A stretch of DNA of 64,000 nucleotides from Myxococcales bacterium (GTDB lineage: Bacteria; Myxococcota_A; UBA9042): contig JBBISH010000002.1 of assembly GCA_037441385.1 (NCBI GenBank), positions 32,001-96,000 on the forward strand. The letters run 5' to 3'. Under the pieces are notes generated by a model. It saw only the letters and a program-made list of their open reading frames with translations. It searched no databases and was not told the DNA's origin. Shown in pieces: positions 31,438-42,999 of this stretch. How positions within the stretch are numbered: the stretch's first letter is position 1; the number at the start of each line of letters is the position of its first letter. Both the position numbers and the translations under genes were made by a program.

Positions 31438-32271
31438 TTAACGCTTGCCCTTGGGCCGGCGCGAGACGATCAGGTGATCGGTGCGCTTGTTGCTGCGGGT
31501 CTTGGGACCCTTGGTCTTCCAACCCCAAGGCGAGGTCGGGTGCCGACCGCCCGAGGTACGGCCTTCGCCACCGCCCATCGGGTGGTCGACCGGGTTCATG
31601 GCCACGCCACGCACGTGCGGGCGGATACCCAGCCAGCGCGAACGGCCGGCCTTGCCCAGGTTCAGCTTGTCGTGCTCGGGGTTGCCGGTCTGGCCGATGG
31701 TGGCGCGGCAGTCCTTGCCGACCTTGCGCAATTCGCCCGAGGGGAGGCGCAGCAACGCGTGCTTGCCTTCCTTGGCCATCAGCTGAGCCGAGGTGCCGGC
31801 GGCGCGGCAGAGCTGGCCGCCCTTGCCGGGCTGGAGCTCCACGTTGTGGACCATGGTACCGACCGGGATCGAGGCGAGCGGCAAGGTGTTGCCGGCCTGA
31901 ATGTCGGCGTTCTTGCTCGAGATCACCGTGTCGCCAACCTTCAGGTTCAGCGGCGCGAGGATGTAGCGCTTCTCGCCGTCAGCGTAGTGCAGCAGCGCAA
32001 TGCGGCTCGAGCGGTTCGGATCGTATTCGATCGTCGCCACCTTGGCCGGCACTGCCACCTTGTCGCGCTTGAAGTCGACGATGCGGTAGTGGCGCTTGTG
32101 ACCGCCGCCGCGCTGGAAGGCGGTGATGCGGCCCACATTGTTGCGGCCGTCCGGGCCGCTCAGCGGCGCGAGCAGCGGCTTGTGCGGCGTGCTGGTGGAC
32201 AGGTCCTTGAAGTCGTCGAGCGACAACTGGCGCGTGCCGTCGGACGTGGGGCGGTAGTGCTTGATGCCCAT
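31438..32271 (-). CDS. rplB: 50S ribosomal protein L2
   Basis: [14 protein letters not shown]...[18 protein letters not shown]. Confidence 0.98.
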   Translation of the reverse strand: MGIKHYRPTSDGTRQLSLDDFKDLSTSTPHKPLLAPLSGPDGRNNVGRITAFQRGGGHKRHYRIVDFKRDKVAVPAKVATIEYDPNRSSRIALLHYADGEKRYILAPLNLKVGDTVISSKNADIQAGNTLPLASIPVGTMVHNVELQPGKGGQLCRAAGTSAQLMAKEGKHALLRLPSGELRKVGKDCRATIGQTGNPEHDKLNLGKAGRSRWLGIRPHVRGVAMNPVDHPMGGGEGRTSGGRHPTSPWGWKTKGPKTRSNKRTDHLIVSRRPKGKR

Positions 32272-32398
32272 GATGGAACCCCTATGGCTAGAACCGCTTG
32301 GATGCTGACTGCTTTTCGCTTTGCTGGGCGTCAGCCTTGTCGGTCAGGTCACTGGTGCAGCGATGGTTCGCCGCGCCGTCAAATCAGCCCAGTAGCGA

Positions 32399-32692
32399 TT
32401 ACGCGCCCTGGAAGAAGTCGATGTTCTGGCCTTCGACCAACTTGACAAAGGCCTTCTTGCTGGCGGCCCGGGCGCCGGCGTACTTGCCAACGCGACGGGT
32501 CTTGCCGTACTTCTGCTGGGTGCGGACATCAAAGACCTGCACGCCGAACAACTGTTCGACCGCCGCCTTGATCATTGGCTTGTTGGCGTCGCGGTGAACC
32601 TCGAACACCACCTCGTTGTTGTCCTCGCGAGCGAGGTTGTTCTTCTCGGTGATGAGAGGCCGCACCAGGATTTGCGTCAGGTGGAGCGCCAT
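32399..32692 (-). CDS. rplW: 50S ribosomal protein L23
   Basis: RPLITEK...ANKPMIKAAVEQLFGV...KKAFVKL. Confidence 0.97.
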   Translation of the reverse strand: MALHLTQILVRPLITEKNNLAREDNNEVVFEVHRDANKPMIKAAVEQLFGVQVFDVRTQQKYGKTRRVGKYAGARAASKKAFVKLVEGQNIDFFQGA

Positions 32693-32778
32693 GGTCTTTT
32701 CTCCGTGCTCGACTGCCCTAGTAGGGCGCTGCTCGAACTGAATGCTGCGTCGTACAAAATCGAAGTGGGTCGAACGGC

Positions 32779-33402
32779 TTAGTCGCCCAAACGCTCGACC
32801 AGGGCCTTGGCCGCATCCACGGTCAGGACCAAGCGGTCGTACTTCAGCACGTCGTACACGTTCACGCCTTCGGCGCGGATGTACTTGGCGTGCTGCAGGT
32901 TGCGAATCGACAGGTGCAGATTGCCGTTCTCACTCGCGGTGACGACCAGGGCCTTGTTGGCACCCAGACGGCTCAGCGTGCCGACCACTTCTTTGGTCTT
33001 GGGGGCGCTCAGCGAGAAGTCGTCGAGCACCACCAACTCACCCTGCTGCAGACGCAACGAGAGCGCCGAGCACAGCGCCGCACGGCGGACCTTCTTGGGC
33101 ACCGTGTAGCTGTAGTCGCGCGGGTGCGGACCGTGGGCCACGCCACCGCCCACGTAGATCGGCGACTTGCGCGAGCCGTGACGAGCACCGCCCGAGCCCT
33201 TCTGACGAACGGCCTTCTTGGTGGTGCCGTGCACGTTCATGCGCGTCTTGGTCGAGTGCGTGCCAGCGCGGCGGTTGGCCAGCTGGTTCTTGACCACTTC
33301 CCAGTGCAGGTGCGGCTTGACCTCGGCGGCAAACACCTCGTCCGCGAGATCGAACTCGCCCACGGTTTGCGCCTGGGTATTCAGTACATTGACCTTAGGC
33401 AT
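32779..33402 (-). CDS. rplD: 50S ribosomal protein L4
   Basis: [10 protein letters not shown]...[12 protein letters not shown]...[13 protein letters not shown]. Confidence 0.97.
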   Translation of the reverse strand: MPKVNVLNTQAQTVGEFDLADEVFAAEVKPHLHWEVVKNQLANRRAGTHSTKTRMNVHGTTKKAVRQKGSGGARHGSRKSPIYVGGGVAHGPHPRDYSYTVPKKVRRAALCSALSLRLQQGELVVLDDFSLSAPKTKEVVGTLSRLGANKALVVTASENGNLHLSIRNLQHAKYIRAEGVNVYDVLKYDRLVLTVDAAKALVERLGD

Positions 33403-33511
33403 AACTGCCTCCCATTGCTCGGGCCGCGACTGCCGCGCGACCTCCAGATTTCTCTGCCGTACCCGCTGTAAGGGCCAGCACTTCCGTACCGATCGTGTAC
33501 AGCGTTCGCGA

Positions 33512-33820
33512 TCAGGTGCGGATTTCCACCGCGACGCCGGCCGCCAGGTCCAGGCTCATCAGCGCGTTCAGCGTTGCCTGGGTCGGATCCAGGATGTCGA
33601 CCAGGCGCTTGTGCGTCCGCACTTCGAACTGCTCGCGGCTCTTCTTGTCGACGTGGGGCGAACGCAACACCGTGTAGGTGTTGATGCGCGTCGGCAGCGG
33701 GATCGGCCCGGCAATCCGCGCGCCGGTATTGCGCACGGTGTTGATGATCTCGCTGACCGACTGGTCGAGCAGCTTGTGATCGTAGGCCTTGAGACGGATG
33801 CGAATGCGCTGGCCAGCCAT
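33512..33820 (-). CDS. rpsJ: 30S ribosomal protein S10
   Basis: [15 protein letters not shown]...[16 protein letters not shown]. Confidence 0.98.
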   Translation of the reverse strand: MAGQRIRIRLKAYDHKLLDQSVSEIINTVRNTGARIAGPIPLPTRINTYTVLRSPHVDKKSREQFEVRTHKRLVDILDPTQATLNALMSLDLAAGVAVEIRT

Positions 33821-33878
33821 GGAGTTCTCCGTAGTAGAAACCGGTATGGTTCCGTGCGCGCCGTAGCGTTGGCGCCGA

Positions 33879-35966
<2,088 letters not shown>

Positions 35967-36083
35967 AGTAAACCTCTATCGATCGTCGAAGCGGGGAACT
36001 GCCACGTTGGGCGGCGACGGCCACACGATGCGGCGGTCAGAATCCGCCCGGATCGGGCGGCGGCAGTCAGGCCAGGCGCTGGA

Positions 36084-36554
36084 TTACCAGCGGTAGTGGG
36101 CGAAGGCCTTGTTGGCTTCGGCCATGCGGTGCACGTCTTCGCGCTTCTTGACCGCGGTACCGCGGCCCTGAGCGGCGTCGAGGATCTCGTTGGCAAGCTT
36201 CTCGACCATGCCCTTCTCGCCGCGGGCGCGGGCCGCGTTGATCAGCCAGCGCATCGACAGCGCCGCGCGACGCTCGGGACGAATCTCGACCGGCACCTGG
36301 TAGTTCGAGCCACCGACGCGGCGCGACTTGACTTCCACGGCCGGGCGGACGTTGTCCAGCGCGGTCTTGAAGACCTTGACCGGATCATCCTTGGCGCGAG
36401 CCTGGATCTTGTCGAAGGCGTCGTAGATCAGGCGCTCGGCCGTCGACTTCTTGCCAGCCAACATCAGGTTGTTGACGAACTTGCCGACGAACTGGTCGCC
36501 GTACTTGGGGTCGCGGGGCGCAATGCGCTTGGGTACTTCGCGGCGGCGGGGCAT
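36084..36554 (-). CDS. rpsG: 30S ribosomal protein S7
   Basis: [18 protein letters not shown]...[13 protein letters not shown]. Confidence 0.98.
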   Translation of the reverse strand: MPRRREVPKRIAPRDPKYGDQFVGKFVNNLMLAGKKSTAERLIYDAFDKIQARAKDDPVKVFKTALDNVRPAVEVKSRRVGGSNYQVPVEIRPERRAALSMRWLINAARARGEKGMVEKLANEILDAAQGRGTAVKKREDVHRMAEANKAFAHYRW

Positions 36555-36611
36555 GAGCTTCTCCTTACCGTGGGACGAACTGTGTCAGCTCGCCTGGGCG
36601 GGTCCTAGTCC

Positions 36612-37013
36612 TTACTTCTTCTTCGTGGTCGCAACGGCGCCGGCCTTGGGCTGCTTGGCGCCGTACTTGCTGCGGCTCTGCTTGCGGTTGGCCACGCCGG
36701 TGGTGTCCAGCGTGCCGCGCACGATGTGGTAGCGCACACCCGGCAGGTCCTTCACACGGCCGCCACGAATGAGGACGATCGAGTGTTCCTGCAGGTTGTG
36801 GCCGACGCCGGGGATGTACGACGTCACTTCCATGCCATTCGAGAGACGAACGCGGGCGACCTTGCGCAGCGCGGAGTTCGGCTTCTTGGGCGTGGTGGTG
36901 TAGACGCGGGTGCAGACGCCGCGCTTCTGCGGGCAGGCGTCCAGGGCCGGCGACTTGGTCTTGCGGTGCTTCAGGTCGCGGCGCTCGCGGACCAGCTGGT
37001 TGATCGTAGGCAT
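36612..37013 (-). CDS. rpsL: 30S ribosomal protein S12
   Basis: MPTINQLVR...[15 protein letters not shown]...[19 protein letters not shown]. Confidence 0.98.
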   Translation of the reverse strand: MPTINQLVRERRDLKHRKTKSPALDACPQKRGVCTRVYTTTPKKPNSALRKVARVRLSNGMEVTSYIPGVGHNLQEHSIVLIRGGRVKDLPGVRYHIVRGTLDTTGVANRKQSRSKYGAKQPKAGAVATTKKK

Positions 37014-37409
37014 AGTGCTATTCGCTCCACAGGCGATTACCGAATGGCGGCACGGTCGAACGGCCGAACTGCCGTTTAGCAAGCTCGGGATTCGCCACCA
37101 CTTTCGCGGGAGGCCCGTCGCAAGACACAGGCGATGCTGCCCCTTGGTCGCCTGACCAGGGTTGCGATCGCTGCGCGCCATGCGGCGGCTGGACAGCGCC
37201 CATCGTGCCTTCGCGGAGGGTGGAGCGCGTCCAGCGCCCGACCTCTTGCAGCGTCCACCATCAACTCCGCGGCTCTGAGACCGTTTCATTGATGATCACC
37301 TGTCTCCAGGTGCTTGCGGGGTGCTGCGAAGGCTCCTTTCCCGATGGGGGGACGGCCCGGGGGTCACCCGGGAGCGGCTGGACCGTTGGGGTCCGTCCGC
37401 GGGGGCATA

Positions 37410-37438
37410 AGTGTACGCCCCCCTGTTTGGCCTGTCAA
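37410..37438 (-). promoter_or_regulatory. Sigma70-type str operon promoter
   Basis: TTGACA-17 bp-TACACT followed by TATGCCCCCG. Confidence 0.8.
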
Positions 37439-37496
37439 CGGGATTTTTCGTGCGACCCGATCGAATTCGGGCGGGTTTTCGTCTGGGCCGGATGGT

Positions 37497-37739
37497 GTCA
37501 GGTATTGACACTTGACATCTTTTGGGGGGAACTCGTGCTCGCGCACCGGTCCGGTCTGCGTTTCCGATAGGTGGACCGGGTTCACGCTCCGGTTCAGTTT
37601 CAGGTTCCCACTTGCTGCCGGCTCCGGTCTCGGTTGGCCGAGTCCACTGGACTCTCTCATCATGTCATGCAGTTCGGAGCCATTGGTTCCGCTTCCGGCT
37701 GGCAGTTCTGGTAAAAGGTGTCAAGTGTCAATACCTGAC
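37497..37739. mobile_element. Non-autonomous element (MITE/REPIN-like) bounded by 27-bp inverted repeats
   Basis: 37497-37523 GTCAGGTATTGACACTTGACATCTTTT and 37713-37739 reverse complement GTCAGGTATTGACACTTGACACCTTTT (26/27 identical); no transposase inside. Confidence 0.55.
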
Positions 37740-37896
37740 CCTCCCGAGCGAAGGAGCCCCTCGCCCCGGCGCGTCGGGGAAGGGGACCCCACGGTCGCAG
37801 AGCGATGCCGACAGTCCTGCGGACTGCTGGCAAGTGGGGAGGCGGCGGCAGCGGGGTGAGGGGTCGGCGTGGTCGAGTGGAAGTTCATCGCAGGCG

Positions 37897-38964
37897 CTAC
37901 TCGCGCCAGATGAACTTCCACGGATGCCGCTTCAGGTCCTTGAGCAACAACTTCAGGTCCATGAACAGCTCGTTGTCCATGAGGAGACCGCCCACGGTGC
38001 CGCGGCCCTTGCGGGCGTTCTCGGTCACGGCCTGCACGTCGTCCACGGCCTTGTCGGCCTTCGCGACGGCGCCGTCGACGCGGTCGATCATGCCCATGAC
38101 CTTGCCGTGGCCCTTGTCGCCCAGCAGGACTTCGGTGGTGGGGCGGTCGCGCAACTTCTCGGTCAGGCCGCGAATGTTCTTGGTGGCGGCGCGGGCGTCG
38201 CTCAGGATGGGGTCGATGGCGTTGTCGGCTTTGGCGGTGATACGCTCGACGTTGGTGAGCGATTTCTTGATCTTGCTGCCGTCGCCGATCGAGCTTTCGA
38301 GCACCGCCACCAGCTTGTCGATCTTGTCGCCGGTCTTGTCCAGGCGGTCGATGACGCGCTTGACGGTCTCTTGGTTGTCGACGATCAGCTTGTCCGCGTC
38401 GTTGATGGCCTTCTTGGCGTCCAGCACGGTCTGATCGCTGTGGACCAGCAAGTCGTTGACCACCCCTTCGTTCTTTTCGAGCAGGCGGGTCAGGGCGCCC
38501 GACACCTTGGTCAGCTGTTGGCCAAGCACTTCCATCCGCAGCGGCGGCACACCCACCACCGGCGTGCCGGCGACGAGCAGCGGCTTGTCGTAGCTGCCCG
38601 GATCGACCTCGATGTATTTTTCGCCCAGCAGGCCTTGGGTCGAGATGAAGAACTGCGCATCTTGCCGCAGCGTCTTGCCTTTTTCGGGATCGATGTCGAC
38701 GAGCACGCGCACGGTCACGCGCCGGCCGGCCTTGGGGTCCAACTTGCCGCCCCAGTACTCCACTCCGGTCACCTTGCCCGAGCTGACGCCGGCAATTTTG
38801 ACAGGCGCGCCGGGCTTTACGTCGCTGGCGGTGTTGTAGTCGATCGGCAGTTGGAAGCCCGACGAGCCGCCGATGTCGCCCAGGACAAAGATGAAGCCGA
38901 CCAGCAGCACGGCGCAAACCAGCACCAGTGCGCCGACCTTGACCTCGATGGACTTCTCTTTCAC
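37897..38964 (-). CDS. MCE/MlaD family protein
   Basis: EVKVGALVL TM; PGAPVKIAGVSSGKV; QGLLGEKYIEVDPG MCE motif; helical C-terminus. Confidence 0.92.
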   Translation of the reverse strand: MKEKSIEVKVGALVLVCAVLLVGFIFVLGDIGGSSGFQLPIDYNTASDVKPGAPVKIAGVSSGKVTGVEYWGGKLDPKAGRRVTVRVLVDIDPEKGKTLRQDAQFFISTQGLLGEKYIEVDPGSYDKPLLVAGTPVVGVPPLRMEVLGQQLTKVSGALTRLLEKNEGVVNDLLVHSDQTVLDAKKAINDADKLIVDNQETVKRVIDRLDKTGDKIDKLVAVLESSIGDGSKIKKSLTNVERITAKADNAIDPILSDARAATKNIRGLTEKLRDRPTTEVLLGDKGHGKVMGMIDRVDGAVAKADKAVDDVQAVTENARKGRGTVGGLLMDNELFMDLKLLLKDLKRHPWKFIWRE

Positions 38965-39009
38965 GGGCGATCCTTGGTCTGCGGCCGCACGGGGCGATCC
39001 GTAGGGGGT

Positions 39010-39753
39010 TTACAGTACCATCGGGCCTTCTGCAAGGCCCCGGATGAACTGGTGGACAATGGGATCCGAGGTCGTGCGGAATTCCTCGGGCGTGCCGTCC
39101 AGGCGGATTTCCCCCTGGTAGATCATGGCGATGCGGTCGGCGACCGTGAAGATCGAGCGCAGGTCGTGCGACACCACGATCGAGGTCACACCCTGCTCGT
39201 CCGACAGCGCGCGGATCAGCTGATCGACATTGGCGGCGGCCAGCGGATCCAGGCCGGTGGTCGGCTCGTCAAAGATCACGAAATCGGGATCCAGGGTCAG
39301 TGCCCGGGCGATCGCCACGCGTTTGCGCAAGCCGTCGCCGATGTCGCTAGGGAAGCGGTCGGCCATATGGTCCATCTGAACGCGACTCAGAAATTCCACT
39401 GCCGTGCTGCGGGCTTGCTCGTGGGTCAGGCCCTTGTGCTTTCTCAGGGGCAGCATCACGTTTTCGCACAGCGACATCGAGTCGAACAGCGTCGAGTGCT
39501 GGAACACCATCGCGCAGCGCTTGCGCACCGGGTAATACGCCTTCTCGTCCAGGTCGGTGATGTCGACGCCGTCGAGCAGCACCTGCCCGCCGTCGGGCTT
39601 CATCAGACCGACCAAGTGCTTGACGAGCACGGACTTGCCCGCACCGGACAGGCCGACTACGAAGAGGATCTGACCCTTTTCGACGGTCAGCGACACGTCG
39701 CGCAAGACATGTTTGCTGCCAAAGGACTTGAAGATGTTACGGAACTCGATCAT
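39010..39753 (-). CDS. MlaF/Mkl-type ABC ATP-binding protein
   Basis: GLSGAGKS, VFQHSTLFDSM, DEPTTGLDP, VSHD, DPIVHQFIRG. Confidence 0.9.
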   Translation of the reverse strand: MIEFRNIFKSFGSKHVLRDVSLTVEKGQILFVVGLSGAGKSVLVKHLVGLMKPDGGQVLLDGVDITDLDEKAYYPVRKRCAMVFQHSTLFDSMSLCENVMLPLRKHKGLTHEQARSTAVEFLSRVQMDHMADRFPSDIGDGLRKRVAIARALTLDPDFVIFDEPTTGLDPLAAANVDQLIRALSDEQGVTSIVVSHDLRSIFTVADRIAMIYQGEIRLDGTPEEFRTTSDPIVHQFIRGLAEGPMVL

Positions 39754-39840
39754 CGGGTGCGCGCCGCCGGCCAGGGCTGTCGGCCCGGCACAATTTCGCT
39801 AGCATAGCGCCGGGCGCCCGCTGCGCAAATCGAAGGCATC

Positions 39841-40266
39841 ATGGAACGCGATTCCAAGGCAACTCCGCGCAAGATCAACCATATCGGCATCGCGGTGCGC
39901 GATCTGGAGGCGGCGATCGCCCTGTGGCAGACCGGGCTGGGCCTCGACGTGCAGCGGGTGGTCGAAATGCCGGAGCGCGGCCTGAAGATCGCCTTCGTGC
40001 CCTGCGGCGAAGCGACGATCGAGCTGGTGGCGCCCCTGGGCGAAGGAAGCGAGATCAGCAAGTTTCTGGACGAGCGCGGCCCGGGCCTGCACCACCTGTG
40101 CTTGGAAGTCGAGGACTTGGCCTTGGCCAGTCAGGCGGCGGAGCAGCAGGGGCTGCGGCTGATTGGCGCCGGGGCCAAGCTGGGGGCCGAGGGCTACCCA
40201 GTGCGGTTCGTCCACCCCAAGTCCACCGGCGGGCCGCTCGTCGAATTGCTTGGCAAGTCAGAGTGA
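39841..40266 (+). CDS. mce: Methylmalonyl-CoA epimerase (VOC family)
   Basis: INHIGIAV...IELVAP...FLDERGPGLHHLCLEV...FVHPKSTGG.LVEL. Confidence 0.9.
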   Translation: MERDSKATPRKINHIGIAVRDLEAAIALWQTGLGLDVQRVVEMPERGLKIAFVPCGEATIELVAPLGEGSEISKFLDERGPGLHHLCLEVEDLALASQAAEQQGLRLIGAGAKLGAEGYPVRFVHPKSTGGPLVELLGKSE

Positions 40267-42999
40267 TCAGTGCGCATCCGCCCAGCTGTGGGCATGGCGC
40301 ACGTCCACCTGCAGCGGCACCTTCATGACCGTGCCGTCGAGCAGCTGACCGGCGCCTTGCATGGCGGTGCGTACCAAGTCGCTCACCTGGGCCACCTCGG
40401 CCTCGGGCGCCTCCAGTAGCAGTTCGTCGTGAACCTGCAGCAAAATCTTGGACTTCAGACCCGCGAGCTGCAAAGCGTCTTGCACGGCGAGCATGGCCCG
40501 CTTGATCAGATCCGCGGCGGTCCCCTGCACCGGTGTGTTGATGGCGATGCGCTCGGCGCCGGCCTTCTCGGCCGGGTTTGGGCTGCTCAGGCCGGCGATC
40601 GCGCGGCGGCGGCCAAAAAGTGTCCGCACTTCGCCGTGTTGACGCGCACCCTCTAGCACCTGGTCCATCCAGCCCTGCACCGCGGGGAATCGCTCGAAGT
40701 AGCGGTCGATGAAGGCCTTGGCCTCCTTTTGCGACACGGCGATCTCGCGGGCCAGGCGCTGCGGGCCCATGCCGTACAACACGCCAAAATTGATGGTCTT
40801 GGCCGCCGAACGCTGCGACGGTTCGACGAAATCGGGCATCACACCAAAGATGCGCGCCGCCGTCTCGCGGTGGATGTCGAGCCCGCGGGCAAAGGCCTGC
40901 TGCAGGCCCTGATCGTCGGCCAAGTGGGCCATCACCCGCAACTCGATTTGGCTGTAGTCCGCCGAGATCAACACGCAACCTGGCGCGGCCACAAAAGCTT
41001 GTCGGATCCGCCGCCCTTCCGCGCTGCGCACCGGAATGTTCTGCAGGTTGGGGTCGGTAGACGACAGGCGGCCCGTCGCCGCCACCGCCTGATGGAACCA
41101 GGTGTGCACCCGGCCCGTGTCGGGGTGGATCTGCTGCGGCAACTGGTCGGTATAGGTGGACTTCAGCTTGCTAAGCTGGCGCCAGCGCAGCACTTTTGCG
41201 GCAATCGGGTGCTTCTCTTCCAAGCCCTCTAGCACGCTCTGGTCGGTGGAATAGCCCGACTGGGTCTTCTTCTTGGCTGGCAGCTTCAGGTCAACGAACA
41301 GGACTTCGCCCAACTGTGACGGCGATCCGATGTTGAACGGCCGCCCGGCCAGGGCGTGGATCTCGGCTTCTAGACTGGTGATTTGCTCGGCGAGCCACTG
41401 CGACTGCCGACTCAGCTCGGCCGCATCCACCGTCACGCCGGCCCACTCCAGCTCGGCCAGCGCACCCAGCAGGGGCAGCTCTAGGTCGCGGTACAGGTCC
41501 GCCACGCCGGCATCGACCAGCCTGGGTCCCAGAGCATCCACGCACTTCAGGGCCATGGCCGCGCGGGTGGCGATCGCCTCGGCCGCGCGATCGACCGGCA
41601 AGTCAGGCCACTGCAAGCGATTCTTGCCCTTGCCCAGCACATCGTCGTCGGTCGGCAACTGCTGGCCGAGTTGCGAAAATGCAATGTTGCGCAGGGTGTG
41701 GGCGTGTGCCTCTGCATCTGCGCAATAGCTGGCCAACATGGCGTCGCCGGCGATCCCCGCCAACGTCAGCCCGGCGCGGCGCAGCGCCAACAGCTCGAAT
41801 TTCAGGCCGCAGCCCAGCTTGGCAATCGCCGGATCCGCAAACACGTCGCCAAGTTGCGCAGCAAGGTCGGCCAGAGCGGCGTTCGGCCGCCCACTCAGAT
41901 CGCCCGCATGGCGCAGCGGCACGTAGAAGGCCTGGCCAGGCACCGCGCACAGGCCCAGGCCCACCAGGCGGCCGTAGAGCGGTCGCGTACGGTCGGGGTC
42001 GTCCAAGTCGGTCACGGCACTCAGAGCCAACCGGCCCGATTGCCGAGCCGCTGCCGCAACTTGCGCCAGTTCGGCTTGGGTAGCCGCCACGGCGATCGCG
42101 GTGCTCTCGGCCGGCGCGGCGGCGTCCAGGTACTCGGCAGTCAGGCGCTTGAAACCCAGCTCGGCAAAGCGCGCCGACAGGGCTGGCCGATCCGCCGGCT
42201 TGGGCTGCAAGTCCGCAAATGCCATGTCGACTTGCGCCTGCCGCTCCAGCTCCACCAACTGCCGGGCCAGCGCCGCTTGCTCCTGGCCGGCCCGCAGCAA
42301 TTCGCGGGTGCGCAGCGGCTCCACCTGCTCCAGATTGGCGTAGATCTGCTTGAGATCCCCCCACTTTTCGACCAGCTTTTGCGCGCCTTTTTCGCCAATG
42401 CCGCGCACGCCTGGGATGTTGTCGGCTGAATCGCCCATGATCGCCAAGAGATCGCCGATCTGTTCGGGCCAGACGCCCCACTTTTCGTGCACGCCCTTGC
42501 GGTCGTAGAGCAGGCCCTTGCCGTCGTCCAGCTGGCGAATACAGGGCCGCAGGGCGTCGCCGTCGTCGACCAGCTGCATCAGGTCCTTGTCGCCCGACAC
42601 CACCAGCACGTCGTAGCCGGCCGCCTGGCCCTGCAGCGCAAACGTCGCAATCAGGTCGTCGGCTTCCAGCCCCGGCACCCGCAGCAGCGGCAGGCCCAAT
42701 TGCTCGGTCAGCTCCAAGCACTGCGGCCACTGCACCTGCAGATCCTCAGGCATGTCGGGGCGATTGGCCTTGTAGTCCGCCGAAAGAACATGGCGCGGCG
42801 TCGGCTCCGAGGTGTCGAAACAAACGCCGACCTTGGCCGGGCGGTGGTCGCGCATGAGCTTGAGCAGCATCGACACAAAGCCGAACACGGCGCCGGTGGG
42901 CTGCCCGGCCGGGCTCGACAGGTGGCGAATCGCAAAGAAGGCGCGAAAGACCGCGTGGGATCCGTCGACCAACAACAGCAAAGGGCGAGGATTTGCCAT
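40267..42999 (-). CDS. polA: DNA polymerase I
   Basis: 5'-3' exo (LVDGSH, EADDLIAT, GDSADNIPGV); TGRLSSTDPNLQNIP, SADYSQIELR, KTINFGVLYG, LQVHDEL. Confidence 0.97.
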   Translation of the reverse strand: MANPRPLLLLVDGSHAVFRAFFAIRHLSSPAGQPTGAVFGFVSMLLKLMRDHRPAKVGVCFDTSEPTPRHVLSADYKANRPDMPEDLQVQWPQCLELTEQLGLPLLRVPGLEADDLIATFALQGQAAGYDVLVVSGDKDLMQLVDDGDALRPCIRQLDDGKGLLYDRKGVHEKWGVWPEQIGDLLAIMGDSADNIPGVRGIGEKGAQKLVEKWGDLKQIYANLEQVEPLRTRELLRAGQEQAALARQLVELERQAQVDMAFADLQPKPADRPALSARFAELGFKRLTAEYLDAAAPAESTAIAVAATQAELAQVAAAARQSGRLALSAVTDLDDPDRTRPLYGRLVGLGLCAVPGQAFYVPLRHAGDLSGRPNAALADLAAQLGDVFADPAIAKLGCGLKFELLALRRAGLTLAGIAGDAMLASYCADAEAHAHTLRNIAFSQLGQQLPTDDDVLGKGKNRLQWPDLPVDRAAEAIATRAAMALKCVDALGPRLVDAGVADLYRDLELPLLGALAELEWAGVTVDAAELSRQSQWLAEQITSLEAEIHALAGRPFNIGSPSQLGEVLFVDLKLPAKKKTQSGYSTDQSVLEGLEEKHPIAAKVLRWRQLSKLKSTYTDQLPQQIHPDTGRVHTWFHQAVAATGRLSSTDPNLQNIPVRSAEGRRIRQAFVAAPGCVLISADYSQIELRVMAHLADDQGLQQAFARGLDIHRETAARIFGVMPDFVEPSQRSAAKTINFGVLYGMGPQRLAREIAVSQKEAKAFIDRYFERFPAVQGWMDQVLEGARQHGEVRTLFGRRRAIAGLSSPNPAEKAGAERIAINTPVQGTAADLIKRAMLAVQDALQLAGLKSKILLQVHDELLLEAPEAEVAQVSDLVRTAMQGAGQLLDGTVMKVPLQVDVRHAHSWADAH

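Noticed and set aside
36612..37013. Streptomycin-resistance substitutions in S12
   Set aside because: TPKKPNS and RVKDLPG motifs are wild type
37364..37663. 99-aa minus-strand ORF crossing the inverted-repeat element
   Set aside because: Runs through the repeat arm and the str promoter and has no transposase (HUH/DDE) motifs
37897..40266. Functional link between the MCE-domain gene and the mce epimerase
   Set aside because: Only a naming coincidence; unrelated families, divergently transcribed
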